NCBI GenBank assembly: GCA_963789265.1
Contig: CAWBKB010000005.1
Location: 352,001 to 416,000 of the forward strand
Direction: 5' to 3'
DNA length: 64,000 nt
Origin: an uncultured delta proteobacterium
Lineage (GTDB): Bacteria; Desulfobacterota; Desulfomonilia; Desulfomonilales; Desulfomonilaceae
The position numbers and the translations under genes are program-made. The notes below the pieces were generated by a model, which saw only the letters and a list, made by a program, of their open reading frames with translations, did no database searches and had not been told where the DNA came from. The stretch's first letter is position 1; each line of letters begins with the position of its first letter. Below, piece by piece: positions 61,303 through 64,000 of this stretch.

Positions 61303-62479
61303 TCACTTGTAACGTGATCCATGCCATCGGATGCCAGTGTGAAACACGAGGGCCGCGAGGGCGCTCAAAGACACGAATGCACCCATGAGAAAACCCAGGG
61401 GTGCGGCAAGACCATATATCCAGTAGCCCTTCTCCCGTCTTATAAAGGCAATCTGAAGGATCGACACGATCCCTACTGTAACCGCCGTGAGCAAGAAGAG
61501 TACCTGTGATTGTTAGCGTCGCTTGGGTGAGGCAAAATGCGCTGGAAATACCGAACAATACGTAAGTCATTAAGAGTGCAAGATTATTTGCGGTCATACG
61601 GAGCATTGTCGAGACGCTACGTTCATGCCCGCCGTAATAGACCCGCTTCCAGAAGCTAAATAATTGTAATAGATTGTTGAAAGGTTCCAGTTGCACGAGG
61701 TTACTTCCTCGCAAAACCGTCAGCTTCATCCCCTGGCCTTTCACCGTCTTGGCCAAGGCTATGTCTTCGGTAATCTCATTCCTCAACCGATGCCAAGTTC
61801 CAATTATTTCATAGGCTTTCCTTGTGATCATGAGAAAAGACCCTGATGCCATGGCAGCCGGTTTGACCGGGTTATTAACGTCTTTGAGAGGATGATAATG
61901 CAAAAGTCCTAAGGCCAGGATCGGGAATATTGCATCAGCAATAAATCCCCTTTTGGTGAAACCGGGCAAAAGGCTCAGGAGGTCAAGACTTCTGCTTGAC
62001 ATATAGCTCAGAGCAGTACACAGGGCGTTAGGATTCAAGAAAGAATCTGCATCGGTGAAAACCAAAATCTCTCCTGAGGCAATATTTGCCCCGAGAAACA
62101 TAGCGTGGGTCTTACCTGTCCATCCAACGGGGAGTTCGTCGACCGACATCATCTTAATTCTTGCATCCGCCCTGGCAAGTTCCTCCATTAATTGCAGGGT
62201 ATTGTCCCGGCTACGGTCATTGACAAGAATGAGTTCGAAGCGGCAGTTCTTGGAGGCCAGAATCCGACTTGCCGATTCTTTGATGCAGTGACATTCGTCT
62301 TTGGCAGGGATTACCACACTTATGAGTGGTTTTAGATCATTGCCATCCTGAGATGTACATGAGGCAGGAATCAGTTCCATTTCGAGGAACATGGGAAAGG
62401 TGAGACTCTTCCGGATCAATTTGATCAAAACCATGAGAGTGAAGCAAACTGCGACTGTTGCAGCCCACTCAATTTCCAT
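61303..62479 (-). CDS. GT2 glycosyltransferase (HpnB/CrtQ-like), frameshift at ~61503
   Basis: ISVVIPAKDE, VNDRSRD, GWTGKTHA, FTDAD, TEDIALA; C-terminal GIRWHGSRY in the next frame. Confidence 0.85.
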
Positions 62480-62985
62480 TCGGTTAACCCCCGACAATGA
62501 ACCATCCCAAACGGGACCAGCCGTGATTAATGCCAGGACAGTCCGTTCCAAGTTTGGCCTGTCAAGGAGATTTTGGTCTCTTCCTATTTCCATGCCACCT
62601 GGTCTCGTAGTGCCCGATATCTTTCTTCATGGGTCGCGGACTCAAGACTATCACGACTTGGGACCTTACCCTCAGCAATCCAGCGGGCAGAGGCAATCTG
62701 CAACAACCCTGAAGCTTCGTGTAATCAATTCTGATGGTTTTCCACATCTTACCCAAGGGAGAGCTACGGCATTTTTCCAACATTTCTATCGCACCTCAGC
62801 CTGTGAGCCCTAAAAGCCCTCCTTCTCCATATCTGAGAGGGTAAATCCTTGGAGGATTGACCTGATCAAAAGACTTGGAGGTGTGCACACGAATACAGCA
62901 GAGCATCACTCGGGCTGCGGTCGAGATCCTCGACAGAGATTCGATCGAATTAAGCGCACCGCCCGGAATACGTCGAATATCTGTG

Positions 62986-63471
62986 CTACTCATCGTCTGG
63001 AAATGAAAACCGTATCTTGAGCTTCGTTTGATCTGCGGCCGTTATTTTACTCACCCGTGCATCGAGGACAGACCTATTTTCAAGGACCTTCCCCAGAAAT
63101 CCGCTCGCATCTATTTTGGATTGTTCTCCTTCGACGAGGAGATCGAGTGTAATTATAGAGAGCGGGGAGGTCGGCGCCGGGGTAAGTTCGGCAGGCTCGG
63201 GGACGGGTTTAGCAGCCTTTGCCGTTGTTGCTGTTTTTCTCGGTCTTAGAGGTTCGGGGACTGCTGTTGGTTTTGGAGAGCGGGCCTTGCTCGAATAGAC
63301 TCCTTTCTGCAGCCGCGCAATAAGACCTGCTTTAAAAAGCTTGCCCAAAGCTGCATTCGTTCCTTTGTTGTTCGAGCCTATGGCACGAGCAATTGCCGAT
63401 ACGGAGAACGTGTCGCCGGGTTTATTGTCCAGTTCCTTCAGGATTTTCTCTCTTATGTCCATCATTTTCAT
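62986..63471 (-). CDS. Winged-HTH protein with Pro/Ala/Lys-rich linker
   Basis: SVSAIARAIG..TNAALGKLFKAGLIARLQKGVY. Confidence 0.7.
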   Translation of the reverse strand: MKMMDIREKILKELDNKPGDTFSVSAIARAIGSNNKGTNAALGKLFKAGLIARLQKGVYSSKARSPKPTAVPEPLRPRKTATTAKAAKPVPEPAELTPAPTSPLSIITLDLLVEGEQSKIDASGFLGKVLENRSVLDARVSKITAADQTKLKIRFSFPDDE

Positions 63472-63854
63472 TTCTCTTGCCTCGCCATTACCTCGTCACT
63501 AGTTTCTTGAAACGAGCGATACAATAAGGTGCTGCCACCCATAAATCAAGCATTATTGGCACATAGGGCCGTTGTGTGTGCCAGGAGAACGGTGAACCTC
63601 CTCACGGTAATAATCCGGTGTTCTACATTTCACGGTAAGTGGGTCTCTATTGAGGGGAATGGCCGGATCAAAAGAAATGCCTCATAAGCTTGAGCTTTGC
63701 CATGAAGCGCTCATATCATCAACCAGGCCGAGGAATAGAATTGATCGTCCTTTCCGCTTTCTTCTTCTGTTCTTTCCCCTTCTTAAAATTGAGGGGTTAG
63801 TGGGGCAATCATGAAGGGAATAGAAGACGCATGTGCGGAAAGGAGGAGCCGACA

Positions 63855-63953
63855 ATGAAGCGAGCAGTGGTCAACTTCTTGTTCGCGTTGCTGGTGGCTG
63901 CGGCAGAGATATTTATAGAAACAACGAAGAAATCAAAAAAGGCGCGTAAGTGA
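63855..63953 (+). CDS. 32-aa hydrophobic peptide with basic C-terminus
   Basis: MKRAVVNFLFALLVAAAEIFIETTKKSKKARK; SD AAAGGAGG; downstream hairpin GGCCCC-GCAA-GGGGTC. Confidence 0.6.
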   Translation: MKRAVVNFLFALLVAAAEIFIETTKKSKKARK

Positions 63954-64000
63954 ACACCCGAGCGGCCCCGCAAGGGGTCGTGGGGTGAACCCTGCCGCCG

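Overview
64 kb bacterial window. Gene content (Mo-bisPGD oxidoreductase, 2-oxoacid:ferredoxin oxidoreductase, Cache, DUF362, SuyAB) suggests an anaerobic deltaproteobacterium-like host; this is inference. Left (1.7-11.2 kb): a TetR-controlled catabolic operon (PadB/DMSO-reductase-family Mo enzyme with FeS and membrane subunits, MBL lactonase, LeuCD-like hydratase, ICL/PEP-mutase-family lyase) with three visible operators. Centre: a tRNA-Val(CAC) gene (30005-30079, minus) that looks like an integration hotspot. On its 3' side is a ~13.5 kb island ending in a degenerate tRNA 3' repeat (MazF-type TA, MFS, intact ISKra4, cyclase, Tat-DUF362, UxaA, Por-like operon, IclR). On its 5' side is a composite integrative region (tyrosine integrase, Xis, Dam-like MTase, ParB-like, IHF, SuyAB, AbiJ/HEPN and Mrr defence genes). 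That region carries the best novel-system candidate: a putative Zn-finger/wHTH initiator gene next to a divergent stand-alone family-A DNA polymerase whose steric-gate Glu is Gln. The module occurs as one near-complete copy and two decayed copies. Other signals: a four-copy ~140 bp repeat that always precedes a co-oriented cargo gene, and a 32-aa hydrophobic peptide whose SD is sequestered (type I toxin-like). Many single-base frameshifts look like sequencing errors. All family assignments come from recalled motifs, not database searches.
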